From the IMG/VR virus record IMGVR_UViG_3300023110_000006: a stretch of 64,000 nucleotides of DNA; one strand, written 5' to 3'. A program made the position numbers and the translations under genes. The notes under the pieces are model-generated. The model was not told the DNA's origin and ran no database searches. It saw only the letters and a list, made by a program, of their open reading frames with translations. This DNA is from a virus. Below, piece after piece: positions 49,901 to 58,800 of the stretch (positions are counted from its first letter, which is position 1; every line of letters starts with the position of its first letter).

Positions 49901-50165
49901 ACTTGCTAAGCCTTATATCTTTGAGCCAAATGATAAAATCACACGTGATGAAATTAAACAAGCGGCTGAAAGTTTAATGCTTGAACTAGTAGGTTCGAGA
50001 GCACTATACGATTACATTGTAGTATGTGACGAAACAAACAACACACCAGCTAGAATTGATAGAAATGAACTATACTTAGACATTGCTATTGAGCCAGTGA
50101 AAGCAGTGGAATTTATTTACATTCCATTGAGATTGAAAAACACAGGAGAAATAGCAGGTTTATAA
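46926..50165 (+). CDS. gp18: Tail sheath protein
   Basis: LSSPGVEVKVIDES, WFAPAGTRRG, RDTLF...NPI, GQKT, ALDRINVARL, FEPND, VCDETNNTPARID, IEPVKAVEFI. Confidence 0.95.
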   Translation: MALSSPGVEVKVIDESFYTPAEPGTVPMIFVATAQDKQNGSATGTAPGTTAANAGKPYLITSQRDLVETFGEPLFYTDSNNNPIHGGELNEYGLQAAYSLLGVSNRAYVVRAGIDLGGITATADAPTSDPADGTYWVDTASTIYGLFEWNGAAGSTATGQSFVYNAPIVITDATKLDGGVPKTSVGAIGDYAITATTTLQKMYYKNLSGAWVEVGSSAWKASWPTVSGSTAPSTTSGFDMTINGSTVTTAGTDATAAAAAINSAAIAGVTADVDTANDILRIYSTGANLVLAEGTGLMGDMGLTAGTYYAPELNIAPHTSVPEFGENDATPRPTGSVWVKTTTPNKGANWAIKVWNDATKLWDTKSVSIFADNQTAIYNLDKSGGGLNLNSDALFVKFNDAEESTLVANFKVYKRNATGATTITGSAVTTQVSAGGVTFSIQESIVGSASLNSAVAISATATGAATDADVIAGAINSAGFTNVSASVDTANRIVISHSKGGEFRIADTSGHLAEAGFSTSDTTNLYAAPAGDTTNDFVATNWKVLTATNSANAPTALATDGTLWYNSVVDEVDIMVHNGTTWVGYLDSTSPFYSASANDQTDPAGPIVSATEPTLQSDGTALKNGDLWISTASIDKYPEIYKWSGAKSQWIQLDTGDQTTQDGILFADARWSTAGANSAEATIADLLVNNYLDFDAPDPALYPKGMLLWNLRRSGFNVKKFVRNYIDVTADNGRFEVNNADEPMTNYYPHRWVTESANNSNGSGRFGQSAQRAVVVQSLQATVNSNDEIRDDESRIFNIMATPGYPELIGEMISLNYDRGLTAFIVGDSPSSLLPNATSLNEWGTNVNLAVEDNADGLVSRDEYLGVYYPWGFTSDNFGNNVVVPPSHMMLRTIALSDQVSFPWFAPAGTRRGGITNATATGYIDNEGEFVSVALNEGQRDTLFGISVNPITFITGAGLVAFGQKTRARNASALDRINVARLVIYLRSQLNKLAKPYIFEPNDKITRDEIKQAAESLMLELVGSRALYDYIVVCDETNNTPARIDRNELYLDIAIEPVKAVEFIYIPLRLKNTGEIAGL

Positions 50166-50171
50166 TTTAAA

Positions 50172-50199
50172 AATGAGCCCTTGAAATACAGGGCTCATT
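50172..50199 (+). terminator. Hairpin after the tail sheath gene
   Basis: AATGAGCCCT / AGGGCTCATT 10-bp stem; weak U-tract. Confidence 0.55.
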
Positions 50200-50203
50200 A
50201 AAT

Positions 50204-50211
50204 GATAAATA
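50204..50211 (+). promoter_or_regulatory. Late promoter motif GATAAATA
   Basis: Before SD AAGGAG of the tail tube gene. Confidence 0.75.
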
Positions 50212-50231
50212 CTTGTAAGGAGTAAAACATT

Positions 50232-50864
50232 ATGGCAATATCAACACTCTCAAAGATTACAGTACCACTAGCAAGCGATAATAGTGCAAGCACTCAAGGC
50301 TTATTAATGCCTAAATTGCAGTATCGCTTTAGAGTGACACTTGAGAATTTCGGTGTATCAACACCAACAACAGAACTAACAAAACAGGTAATTGATGTAA
50401 CACGCCCAAGTGTAACATTCGAAGAAATGGAAATACCTGTTTACAACAGTAGAGCATACCTAGCTGGTAGACACAGCTTTGAGCCTATTACACTAAACTT
50501 ACGTGAAGATGTAAACAACAGTGTACAAAGACTAGTTGGCGAACAGTTACAGAAACAGTTCGACTTCTTTGAACAGTCTGGTGCGGCATCAGGTATTGAC
50601 TACAAATTTTTAACAAGAATTGAAATACTAGATGGCGGTAACGGAGCAAATACTCCAAACACACTAGAAACATTTGAACTATATGGTTGTTTTGTACAAA
50701 ATGCTAATTACAACTCATTAGCTTACAGTGCAAACGAACCAGTAACAGTAACACTAAGCATACGCTTTGACAATGCTATACAGACACCACAAGGTGAAGG
50801 AATTGGTACAGCAGTTGGTAGAACTATTAATAGCTTAGTAACTGGTGGCGGCGGTATTGGTTAA
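50232..50864 (+). CDS. gp19: Tail tube protein
   Basis: Directly after the sheath; PKLQYRFRV, RPSVTFEE, YLAGRHSFEPITL, IEILDG, FELYGCF, LSIRFDNA. Confidence 0.85.
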   Translation: MAISTLSKITVPLASDNSASTQGLLMPKLQYRFRVTLENFGVSTPTTELTKQVIDVTRPSVTFEEMEIPVYNSRAYLAGRHSFEPITLNLREDVNNSVQRLVGEQLQKQFDFFEQSGAASGIDYKFLTRIEILDGGNGANTPNTLETFELYGCFVQNANYNSLAYSANEPVTVTLSIRFDNAIQTPQGEGIGTAVGRTINSLVTGGGGIG

Positions 50865-50889
50865 TACCTAAGTCAATTGCCATAATTAC

Positions 50890-50924
50890 AAAAAGGGGTC
50901 TTTTTAAGGCCCCTTTTTTATTTT
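50890..50924 (+). terminator. Intrinsic terminator
   Basis: AAAAAGGGGTCTT-TTT-AAGGCCCCTTTTTT hairpin with U-tract. Confidence 0.85.
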
Positions 50925-50944
50925 ATACGTACTTTTCTTTCATG

Positions 50945-50952
50945 GATAAATA
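50945..50952 (+). promoter_or_regulatory. Late promoter motif GATAAATA (leaderless)
   Basis: 5 nt before ATG 50958, no SD. Confidence 0.7.
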
Positions 50953-50957
50953 TTAGT

Positions 50958-52367
50958 ATGGCAAACTTTTTAAATGGATTTTTAGATAATTTATTCAAGG
51001 GTGCTCTTAATCCAGGAGGCACTTTTAAAGATTATCAACACGCGGCAAGGTTGTTTTCTGATAACGGTTTTCGTCTTGCACCTAAAGCAAAATTTCTCTA
51101 TCATGTTGTTTTTGAATTAACTGAAGAAGCAAGAAATACTGTTCCTCAATTAGATCAAAGGCATAAACAAGAAATAAACATGCTTGTAAAACAAGCAGAT
51201 CTTCCCAAATTTAGTGTACAAACACAAACAAAAAATATGTACAATAGGAAGAAAAATTTACAAACTAGTTTAGAATATGATCCTATTAATATAACATTCC
51301 ACGATGATAACTTAGGTCTTACTACACTTCTATTAGAATCTTATTATAGATATTATTTTAGAGATGGAAATTATAATACAGAAGGAGTGAGTCCTCCTTA
51401 TTCTCCGAGAAATACATACGGAAAACCAGAAGAACAAAATTACAGATATGGTTTAGATAACAATCATAAAAGTCCATTTTTTGATAAAATTACAATATAT
51501 CAATTATCACGAAAAGAATATACTGCATATACTCTTGTAAATCCACTTGTTACAGGATTAACTCATGACAGTGTAGATGCGTATGAAAGCGCAGGCTTAA
51601 TGCAAAACCAAATGACGGTTGCTTACGAAGCTGTATTCTATAGCAGAGGACCAGTAGGTGAAGATAGTCCAAAAGGATTTGCTACTGTACATTATGATAA
51701 AACTCCTAGTCCATTAAGCATACAAGGCGGCGGAACATCTAGCTTATTAGGTCAAGGAGGTGTCTTTGGTGGCTTGACAACAGTATTAAATGATATTGCA
51801 GGCGGGCAATTTAATCTAGGCACAGCATTAACAGCATTTAATACCTACAAAAATGCAAAAAGTTTATCTAAAGAAGGTTTGCGAGAAGAAGGATTTAATA
51901 TATTGAAAGGTGCTCTTGGAGATATTAGAAAAGAAGGCATAGGTGGCATACCTGGTGTAAATGTTCCTAAGCAAAATGGTGCAGGCGGATACAATGATCC
52001 TGTGCTAACTAATGGTGGCATTGTTGATACACGCTCTAGTTTGTATAGTAGCAAAATAAATGAAAGTTATTCAAACAACGGATTAACATATAGTCCAGGT
52101 GATCTTGCTATACCAAGTATAAAATCTGAACCGTTAGTACCCGGCACAGGACAAACATTAGACGAAATTTTAGCAAGTCCACCAACAGTAAGTAGCAGTT
52201 CGGTCACAAGAAGTAGCAGTAGTAGCTCACAAACAGTAACTACAACAGGTGGAGGAGTTACTACACGTACTGGAGTACAACGAACACCTTTGAGAGAACA
52301 AATAGCAAATAGAAAAGCGGCAAGAGCAGAACGCCGTGCATTAAGAAACCAAGTAGGGGACTTTTAA
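50958..52367 (+). CDS. Tail-tube-like baseplate/tube initiator protein (gp48/gp54-like)
   Basis: VKQADLPKF, YDPINITFHDD, YTLVNPL, MTVAYE tube-fold pattern; adjacent to gp19. Confidence 0.55.
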   Translation: MANFLNGFLDNLFKGALNPGGTFKDYQHAARLFSDNGFRLAPKAKFLYHVVFELTEEARNTVPQLDQRHKQEINMLVKQADLPKFSVQTQTKNMYNRKKNLQTSLEYDPINITFHDDNLGLTTLLLESYYRYYFRDGNYNTEGVSPPYSPRNTYGKPEEQNYRYGLDNNHKSPFFDKITIYQLSRKEYTAYTLVNPLVTGLTHDSVDAYESAGLMQNQMTVAYEAVFYSRGPVGEDSPKGFATVHYDKTPSPLSIQGGGTSSLLGQGGVFGGLTTVLNDIAGGQFNLGTALTAFNTYKNAKSLSKEGLREEGFNILKGALGDIRKEGIGGIPGVNVPKQNGAGGYNDPVLTNGGIVDTRSSLYSSKINESYSNNGLTYSPGDLAIPSIKSEPLVPGTGQTLDEILASPPTVSSSSVTRSSSSSSQTVTTTGGGVTTRTGVQRTPLREQIANRKAARAERRALRNQVGDF

Positions 52368-52726
52368 TGAGTGATTATAAATTAGAACCTGTAGATAGTG
52401 GCTCTGTTGTAAAAGAATTTTTTAACAAATATTTTTCTGAACCAATTACATACAACGCAAACACAGTAGACAGTGTAGTAGGATTTTTTAAAAGACGTGG
52501 GTTCGATGATACAAGTGCAACAGGAGTTGCGACAGTGTTGTTAGAACAAGCAAAAATAGATGGTGTAAATGTTTATACATTGTTAGACACATTAAAAGGT
52601 GTAGATGACATTCAAATTAGTGCTATTGTTGCACAAGTTTTAAATTACAATAGACAAAAAGTAAGTTCTTTAGGTTTTACATCAGATAAAATTGCAAGAG
52701 AAGAATCAAGAAATATAGTGGTATGA
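52367..52726 (+). CDS. Hypothetical protein
   Basis: 119 aa, TAATG-coupled to the upstream gene. Confidence 0.6.
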   Translation: MSDYKLEPVDSGSVVKEFFNKYFSEPITYNANTVDSVVGFFKRRGFDDTSATGVATVLLEQAKIDGVNVYTLLDTLKGVDDIQISAIVAQVLNYNRQKVSSLGFTSDKIAREESRNIVV

Positions 52727-52727
52727 T

Positions 52728-53162
52728 ATGCCTAGATTTGCTCAAGGAAAATTTGGTCTAAAAAACCCAGCAAAGTATATTGGAGGCAGAACACCGACTT
52801 ACAGATCAAGTTGGGAATTTGCTTTTATGAAATTCCTAGATGAACATCCTAGTGTAGCAAAGTGGGCAAGCGAAGCTATAAAAATTCCATATAGGAATCC
52901 ACTAACAGGTAAACACACAATTTATGTACCAGATTTTTTTATAGTATATGCAGATAAAAGAAGTAAACAGCATGTAGAATTAATAGAAGTAAAACCTGCA
53001 AATCAAGCTATAAGAGAAAAGGTAGGACGTAGTAAGATTAATCAAGCACATTTTATTGTTAACCAAGCAAAATGGGAAGCCGCAAGGGCCTACTGTAAAC
53101 AAAAAGGCATTTTCTTTAGGGTTATTAGTGAAAATGATATTTTCCATAACGGTAAACGATAA
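52728..53162 (+). CDS. gp4: Head completion nuclease (T4 gp4-like)
   Basis: KNPAKYIG, YRSSWE, WASE..IPY, YVPDF, IEVKP, NQAKWEAA. Confidence 0.85.
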   Translation: MPRFAQGKFGLKNPAKYIGGRTPTYRSSWEFAFMKFLDEHPSVAKWASEAIKIPYRNPLTGKHTIYVPDFFIVYADKRSKQHVELIEVKPANQAIREKVGRSKINQAHFIVNQAKWEAARAYCKQKGIFFRVISENDIFHNGKR

Positions 53163-53165
53163 ATA
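53158..53165 (+). promoter_or_regulatory. Late promoter motif GATAAATA
   Basis: Overlaps the gp4 stop. Confidence 0.6.
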
Positions 53166-53192
53166 ATAGTAGCATATAATACTGGAAAGACT

Positions 53193-53690
53193 ATGACAAA
53201 AAAACTACAAGACCTACTTGATTTACCAGATTCTAAAGAAATAATTCAAAACGAATTAGAAGATGATATAAAATCTAAATCAGTTATAGAACAAAAAGAT
53301 ACATTGCGTGATATTTCTGAACTTGATAAGATTGAAGCGGCATTACCTACTGTAAAAGGATTAGGTGAAATGGCAGATGCTGAACTTAATGATGTTGCAC
53401 AGAGAGCATTACAAAGTTATGAAGACTTAATGGATTTAGGAATGAATGTTGAAAGTCGTTATAGTGGCAGAGTGTTTGAGGTAGCAGGAGGTATGCTGAA
53501 AACGTCTCTTGATGCTAAGGTAGCAAAATTAGATAAAAAACTAAAAATGGTAGAGCTTCAACTTAAAAAAGAAAAACTAGATCAAGATAAACCTATTGAA
53601 GAAGCAGGTATTATTAGCGGAACAGGCGCTATTGTAGCTGATAGGAATAGCCTACTACAACGTTTAAAAGATCTAGATAAAGATAAATAG
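53193..53690 (+). CDS. Putative terminase small subunit
   Basis: Helical 165-aa protein upstream of the large terminase; RVFEVAGGMLK and DRNSLL resemble small-terminase patterns; inference only. Confidence 0.4.
   Translation: MTKKLQDLLDLPDSKEIIQNELEDDIKSKSVIEQKDTLRDISELDKIEAALPTVKGLGEMADAELNDVAQRALQSYEDLMDLGMNVESRYSGRVFEVAGGMLKTSLDAKVAKLDKKLKMVELQLKKEKLDQDKPIEEAGIISGTGAIVADRNSLLQRLKDLDKDK
53682..53689 (+). promoter_or_regulatory. Late promoter motif GATAAATA
   Basis: Before SD GAGG of 53708. Confidence 0.6.
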
Positions 53691-53707
53691 TATTAGAGGT
53701 ATTAAAC

Positions 53708-54271
53708 ATGAAGACATTTACAGAAGTACTTACAGAATCAAAAAAAACCTATGAATTTAAAGTAGGTGTTGCAGGTGAACTAGGTGAAAATTTTACTGAT
53801 GCACTAGAAACTTGTATGAAAAAATATCAAGTTGTATCTATGTCAAACGGTAAAAAGACACCAATACAAGAACGTCCATTAGATTTCCCCCAGCTAGAAA
53901 ATATGGAAGTAACGTATTGGGACGTAGAAGTTGCATATCCAACAACACCGCAAGTGTTAGAAGAATACATTGAAAAATGTTGCCCATGTGACCCTAATCA
54001 TGTAATTGTACGTACAGCAAATGCACCTCAAGAAGAATACCAAGTGCCTAAGTCAGGCGAGCCATACCAGTCAAAATTAGATACATTAGAAATGGAACAG
54101 GCAGAACCAGATGCACAGAAAAAAGTAGCTGGAGACAGAGTTATGGATCTATTAAAAGAATTAGAAACAGCTCGCAAAGAAAGAAATGTCGATCCTATGG
54201 AAGCCGCTCCTAAAGGCGAAAGTGCAGACATAGATGATAAAATAAACACAAAAGCAGTTGTAGGAGGCTAA
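53708..54271 (+). CDS. Hypothetical (probable head-associated) protein
   Basis: 187 aa; N-terminal MKTFTEVLTES. Confidence 0.55.
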   Translation: MKTFTEVLTESKKTYEFKVGVAGELGENFTDALETCMKKYQVVSMSNGKKTPIQERPLDFPQLENMEVTYWDVEVAYPTTPQVLEEYIEKCCPCDPNHVIVRTANAPQEEYQVPKSGEPYQSKLDTLEMEQAEPDAQKKVAGDRVMDLLKELETARKERNVDPMEAAPKGESADIDDKINTKAVVGG

Positions 54272-54272
54272 T

Positions 54273-54989
54273 ATGAAAGACATACTACAAAAATTAGATG
54301 AACTAGATAAAGCAATTGATCAAAGAGATCCAGCTCCAGAAATAACAAGATTGGACGAACAAGCAAATATGAATATTTCTATGAGCGGAGAAACAGCTGA
54401 TGAAGTAGCTAGTTTGTTACGTATCATGCAAGGCGGCGGTGCACCTGAAGCAAAGCCAGTTGGTCCTGACATGATGCCAATGAAAAAATTAATCAAAATT
54501 GCTAATCCAGATATGGATGATCCAGAAGCGCCAAGCGATGGAGATATGAATGATCTAAAACCTGGCATACAAAAAGAACCATGCAAAGTTTGCGGCAAAG
54601 TACACTTAGGCAATAGTGGTTGTGGTGGACATGAATCTACAGAAGAAGAATGGGATAATTCTCCAGACGAAGAATACAAAGATACACAATACATGACGAA
54701 AGATTTGTCAGGCGGAGCGAACAGAGAAAAAGGTCAATACAAAGCATCTGTTAGAGGCGACAATGCAATGGCAATGGAAGAATTACAAACCGAATTACGT
54801 GATCAACTAATGGCTAAAATGAACGAAGCCAAAGATGAAGAAAAATTTGATGAAATGGGTTGTGTAAAGGAAATGAAAAAACTTTATGCAAGCGGTTGCA
54901 CTAAAGCAGAAAACTACAAAAAGTGCAAAGAAGGATACGGTTGTTCAAGAGGACAATTTGAAAAACTATACGCATCCAATTGCGGTTAA
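54273..54989 (+). CDS. Hypothetical acidic (probable head-associated) protein
   Basis: 238 aa, SD AGGAGG. Confidence 0.55.
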   Translation: MKDILQKLDELDKAIDQRDPAPEITRLDEQANMNISMSGETADEVASLLRIMQGGGAPEAKPVGPDMMPMKKLIKIANPDMDDPEAPSDGDMNDLKPGIQKEPCKVCGKVHLGNSGCGGHESTEEEWDNSPDEEYKDTQYMTKDLSGGANREKGQYKASVRGDNAMAMEELQTELRDQLMAKMNEAKDEEKFDEMGCVKEMKKLYASGCTKAENYKKCKEGYGCSRGQFEKLYASNCG

Positions 54990-54997
54990 CATAATTC

Positions 54998-55024
54998 AAT
55001 AGGGCCTACGGGCCCTATTCTTTT
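54998..55024 (+). terminator. Intrinsic terminator with C(UACG)G tetraloop
   Basis: AATAGGGCC-TACG-GGCCCTATT then CTTTT. Confidence 0.8.
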
Positions 55025-55025
55025 G

Positions 55026-55033
55026 AGTAAATA
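55026..55033 (+). promoter_or_regulatory. Late promoter motif AGTAAATA (leaderless)
   Basis: 4 nt before ATG 55038. Confidence 0.5.
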
Positions 55034-55037
55034 CAAC

Positions 55038-56618
55038 ATGTCGAAAAGTTTAGATGGCGTATTAACAAAGAAAGCCAACCAAAGAGAAACATTTACCGAA
55101 GAACAAATACAAGACTTAATGGCTTGTATGGATCCTCAAAACGGTTATTTGTATTTTGCAGAAAAGTTTGGTTATATACAGCATCCAGTAAAAGGCAAAC
55201 TATTGTTTGAACCTTTCACTTATCAGTGCAGACTTTTAGAAAGTTATCATAATTATAGATTTAACATTAATATGTTACCTAGGCAAACAGGCAAAACTAC
55301 ATGTGCCGCCATTTATCTATTATGGTATGCAATGTTTCAACCAGATCAAACTGTACTGATTGCCGCACACAAATATACTGGTGCACAAGAAATTATGCAA
55401 CGAATTAGATATGCATATGAATTATGTCCTGATCACATTAGAGCAGGTGTAATTAATTACAACAAAGGTACTATAGAGTTTGAAAATGGATCACGTATTG
55501 TAAGTCAAACAACAACTGGCAATACAGGCAGAGGTATGTCTATTTCATTACTATACTGCGACGAGTTTGCATTTGTACAACCTAATATAGCCCAAGACTT
55601 TTGGACTTCAATATCACCTACACTAGCTACAGGTGGTCGTGCTATTATTACAAGCACACCTAACTCAGACGAAGATACATTTGCTACAATTTGGAAACAA
55701 GCAGAACAAAAATTTGACGAACACGGTAATGAAAATGAAGTTGGCATAAATGGCTTTCATAGTTTTACTTGTCATTGGAGTGAACATCCTGATCGAGATG
55801 ATAAATGGAAAGAAGAAGAACTAGGAAGAATTGGTGAAGAAAGATTTAGACGTGAATACGAATGCGAATTCCTTGTATTTGACGAAACACTAATTAATGC
55901 TATAAAACTTGCTACACTAGAAGGAACATCTCCTATAATTAATATGGGACAAACAAGATGGTATAAAAAACCTACTAGTGAGTTTACATATGCTGTTGCC
56001 CTTGATCCTAGTATGGGTACAGGAGGAGATTATTCAGCTATACAAGTTTATGAATTACCTAGTTATGAACAAGTAGCAGAATGGCAACACAATACTACAG
56101 CTATACCAGGACAAATTAGAGTGCTTGCTGATATATGTAAGTATATAGAAAGCGAAACAAAGGCACCACAATCAATTTACTGGAGTGTAGAAAACAATGG
56201 CTTAGGTGAAGCCGCACTTATTGTAATAAATGATTACGGTGAAGAAAATATACCAGGGCTTTTTGTAAGCGAACCTATTAGAAAAGGTCATGTTAGAAAA
56301 TTCCGTAAAGGATTTAATACTACCCATAGTACAAAGGTTACAGCTTGTAGTAGGCTTAAAACTATGGTTGAAAACGATAAATTAATGATTAAATCGAAAC
56401 CACTTGTATCTGAACTTAAAAATTTTGTAGCTACAGGATCTAGCTATCAAGCTAAATTAGGGCATAGCGATGATTTAATAAGTGCTACTCTACTAGCATT
56501 AAGAATGATGGATGTAATGAAAGATTGGGATCCTAGGGTATATAACACCTTCAATCAAACCGAAGAAATAGAAGATTACGAACCGCCAATGCCTATCTTC
56601 ATAAGTACAAACTATTGA
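55038..56618 (+). CDS. gp17: Terminase large subunit
   Basis: PRQTGKTT Walker A, GRGMSISLLYCDEFAFV Walker B, ITSTPN, FRREYECEF, ALDPSMGTGGDYS, VENN, HSDDL; start taken as ATG 55038. Confidence 0.95.
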   Translation: MSKSLDGVLTKKANQRETFTEEQIQDLMACMDPQNGYLYFAEKFGYIQHPVKGKLLFEPFTYQCRLLESYHNYRFNINMLPRQTGKTTCAAIYLLWYAMFQPDQTVLIAAHKYTGAQEIMQRIRYAYELCPDHIRAGVINYNKGTIEFENGSRIVSQTTTGNTGRGMSISLLYCDEFAFVQPNIAQDFWTSISPTLATGGRAIITSTPNSDEDTFATIWKQAEQKFDEHGNENEVGINGFHSFTCHWSEHPDRDDKWKEEELGRIGEERFRREYECEFLVFDETLINAIKLATLEGTSPIINMGQTRWYKKPTSEFTYAVALDPSMGTGGDYSAIQVYELPSYEQVAEWQHNTTAIPGQIRVLADICKYIESETKAPQSIYWSVENNGLGEAALIVINDYGEENIPGLFVSEPIRKGHVRKFRKGFNTTHSTKVTACSRLKTMVENDKLMIKSKPLVSELKNFVATGSSYQAKLGHSDDLISATLLALRMMDVMKDWDPRVYNTFNQTEEIEDYEPPMPIFISTNY

Positions 56619-56624
56619 TAAATA
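56617..56624 (+). promoter_or_regulatory. Late promoter motif GATAAATA (leaderless)
   Basis: 5 nt before ATG 56630. Confidence 0.65.
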
Positions 56625-56629
56625 CTAAC

Positions 56630-58675
56630 ATGAAAGACTTGAATAAAATAGCATCTGAACTTTTTGCAAAATTACGTGGTAAATTTAAAGAAATTACTAT
56701 AGGTAATGAAGCAGGAGATATAACAAATCTACCTGAAGAAGGCAGATTTTATGAATTTACATTTAACGGTAAAAAAGTTAGTGTTAGTTTAGATGAAGAA
56801 AACGTTGCTGTCATGTATAGTGAAAAACTATTCGACGACGACGAAGGTGCTACAAAAAAGTCTTGGTATGATTTTTTGAAAGAACTACGGGAGTTTGCAC
56901 GTAAAAGACTTTTAAATTTTGATACCCGAAATATACAAAAAACAAATTTAGATAGAAGAGACTATAAATTTTTAGCAAAGAACAATACTTCCGGAGAAGA
57001 TACCATGACAGAATCAAAACTTTACGGAACGTCAAAAGTAAGTTATCAAGACGTTGACAACGCAAAGATTGTTATTAAACATACAGAGAGCGTTGGTGAA
57101 AATAGAAATATCAAAATAGGTAGCATTTATATTGAAAGCTCAAATGGAGAACGTTTTAAGTATCCATTTAGACATATCAATGGTGCTAGAGCAATGGCAA
57201 GGCATGTAAGTGAAGGCGGCAATCCTTATGACGACTTTGGTAAACACATTGTTGGACTTTCGGAAGAGTTAAACAAATTACGTAAATTTAAAACATATAT
57301 GTCAAGAAGCGGTGTCATGGCCGAAGGTCTTGCACAATACATGGATATTGTAAATGAGCGTTTAGATTCTGTTAAAGATACAATTTTTAAATTACAAAGA
57401 ACATCTGCATACAAAGAAGCATTTGAAAGTTTTGAATCTAAAGTATTAGAAGAAGTTCCAGCAGATGTTGCAGGTGATTGGATAGACCAACTTACTATTA
57501 GACAATTTAATGAAGAACTGAAAGACGTATTTCCTTATATCTATAGATTAGTAAGCGAAGCCACAGCAGTGAAAGAATTAGGTCCAGATGAATTAGTTGC
57601 AGAAGCAAGCGATGAAGAAGTAGACGGAGAGATTACCAAAGACTCAGTCAAGAAGAGTGCATTAGAATTACTAGTAGATATTGCAAAAACTTCTAAACAA
57701 TACAAAGGTGAAGTCACAGACGACCAAGTTCATTATTTAGGCAGTCTTGTACACGATTTTGATATGGCTGGTATTGAAACAGAAAAGTATAGTGAAATAG
57801 AAAAATTATTCAGAACAGCGTCAAAAACTAATAAAGCAGACATGTCAATGATTCAACCAGCATATGCCCAAGCAAAGACATTAGACGAAGGCGGAATGAA
57901 AGATCAGCTTATCGACGCAATGGAAAAGATTGCAAGTGATACTAGCGGACAGTTGCTATACAAAGCATTAAGTAAAGGCTCAATGGGTCCAGACGTACAA
58001 AACTATCTACAAGATATGTACGATGAAGTGGCGAGAGATAATGGATGGCATCCAGATGATGACCATGACGAAATCGAACAACGCATGTGGGATGAAATTA
58101 ATGACGAATATGGAATGGGCGAAGGTATTCCTACTACAGACGACATTGAAGCGGCATTTGATAAATCAATGGGACAATTTAGTGATAAAGAAATTCCAGT
58201 AACAATAGGCAAAGATGGTAGCATGGCTAAAATAAATCCAGACGATGAAGATGAAAAACCAGAGCCAACAGTTTCATTGCCTGAAAAGATTTTATCATTA
58301 TTTGATAGAGAAAAGGGAATGTTTCCAAAAGGAGAAACAGCAATACTAACAATGGTTGAAAAGGATTATGGTGAGGAACATATTGAGCCAGCAAAAGATT
58401 TTATTGAAAGAATTAAGGCAAAATATGAAGAAGTAATGATTCCTATGGAACCAGTAGAAGATGAGGGCGATATGCAAATTGAGTTCAAAACGGACACAAA
58501 GGACAAAGAAGACTTAGACGCAAAGCAAAAAGAACTGGAGCGTATTAAAAGAGACAAAAATACACATAAAGATCCAGAACTTAAGACAGCATTAATGAAA
58601 CGTCAAGCAGAGCTTAATAAAGACAAAGAAGCTATGGCGGCTATGGAAACTTTAAAGTCACTAGCAGGAATTTAA
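56630..58675 (+). CDS. Large hypothetical acidic protein (probable head-associated)
   Basis: ~681 aa, start moved to ATG 56630; ends LKSLAGI. Confidence 0.6.
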   Translation: MKDLNKIASELFAKLRGKFKEITIGNEAGDITNLPEEGRFYEFTFNGKKVSVSLDEENVAVMYSEKLFDDDEGATKKSWYDFLKELREFARKRLLNFDTRNIQKTNLDRRDYKFLAKNNTSGEDTMTESKLYGTSKVSYQDVDNAKIVIKHTESVGENRNIKIGSIYIESSNGERFKYPFRHINGARAMARHVSEGGNPYDDFGKHIVGLSEELNKLRKFKTYMSRSGVMAEGLAQYMDIVNERLDSVKDTIFKLQRTSAYKEAFESFESKVLEEVPADVAGDWIDQLTIRQFNEELKDVFPYIYRLVSEATAVKELGPDELVAEASDEEVDGEITKDSVKKSALELLVDIAKTSKQYKGEVTDDQVHYLGSLVHDFDMAGIETEKYSEIEKLFRTASKTNKADMSMIQPAYAQAKTLDEGGMKDQLIDAMEKIASDTSGQLLYKALSKGSMGPDVQNYLQDMYDEVARDNGWHPDDDHDEIEQRMWDEINDEYGMGEGIPTTDDIEAAFDKSMGQFSDKEIPVTIGKDGSMAKINPDDEDEKPEPTVSLPEKILSLFDREKGMFPKGETAILTMVEKDYGEEHIEPAKDFIERIKAKYEEVMIPMEPVEDEGDMQIEFKTDTKDKEDLDAKQKELERIKRDKNTHKDPELKTALMKRQAELNKDKEAMAAMETLKSLAGI

Positions 58676-58705
58676 TAAAAAAATCAATTTATTAGCAAAA
58701 AGAGG

Positions 58706-58734
58706 TTGACTTTTGCTAATTAATATCGTATAGT
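58706..58734 (+). promoter_or_regulatory. Sigma70-type promoter for ssb-uvsX-uvsY
   Basis: TTGACT-17 nt-TATAGT; the -35 lies inside a 10-bp inverted repeat ATTAGCAAAA/TTTTGCTAAT (58691-58720). Confidence 0.7.
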
Positions 58735-58800
58735 ACATAATATGTGCTGTACAAAACAACTAGGCACAAAGCTAAAGGCAACAAATAGGAGGCATATAAT

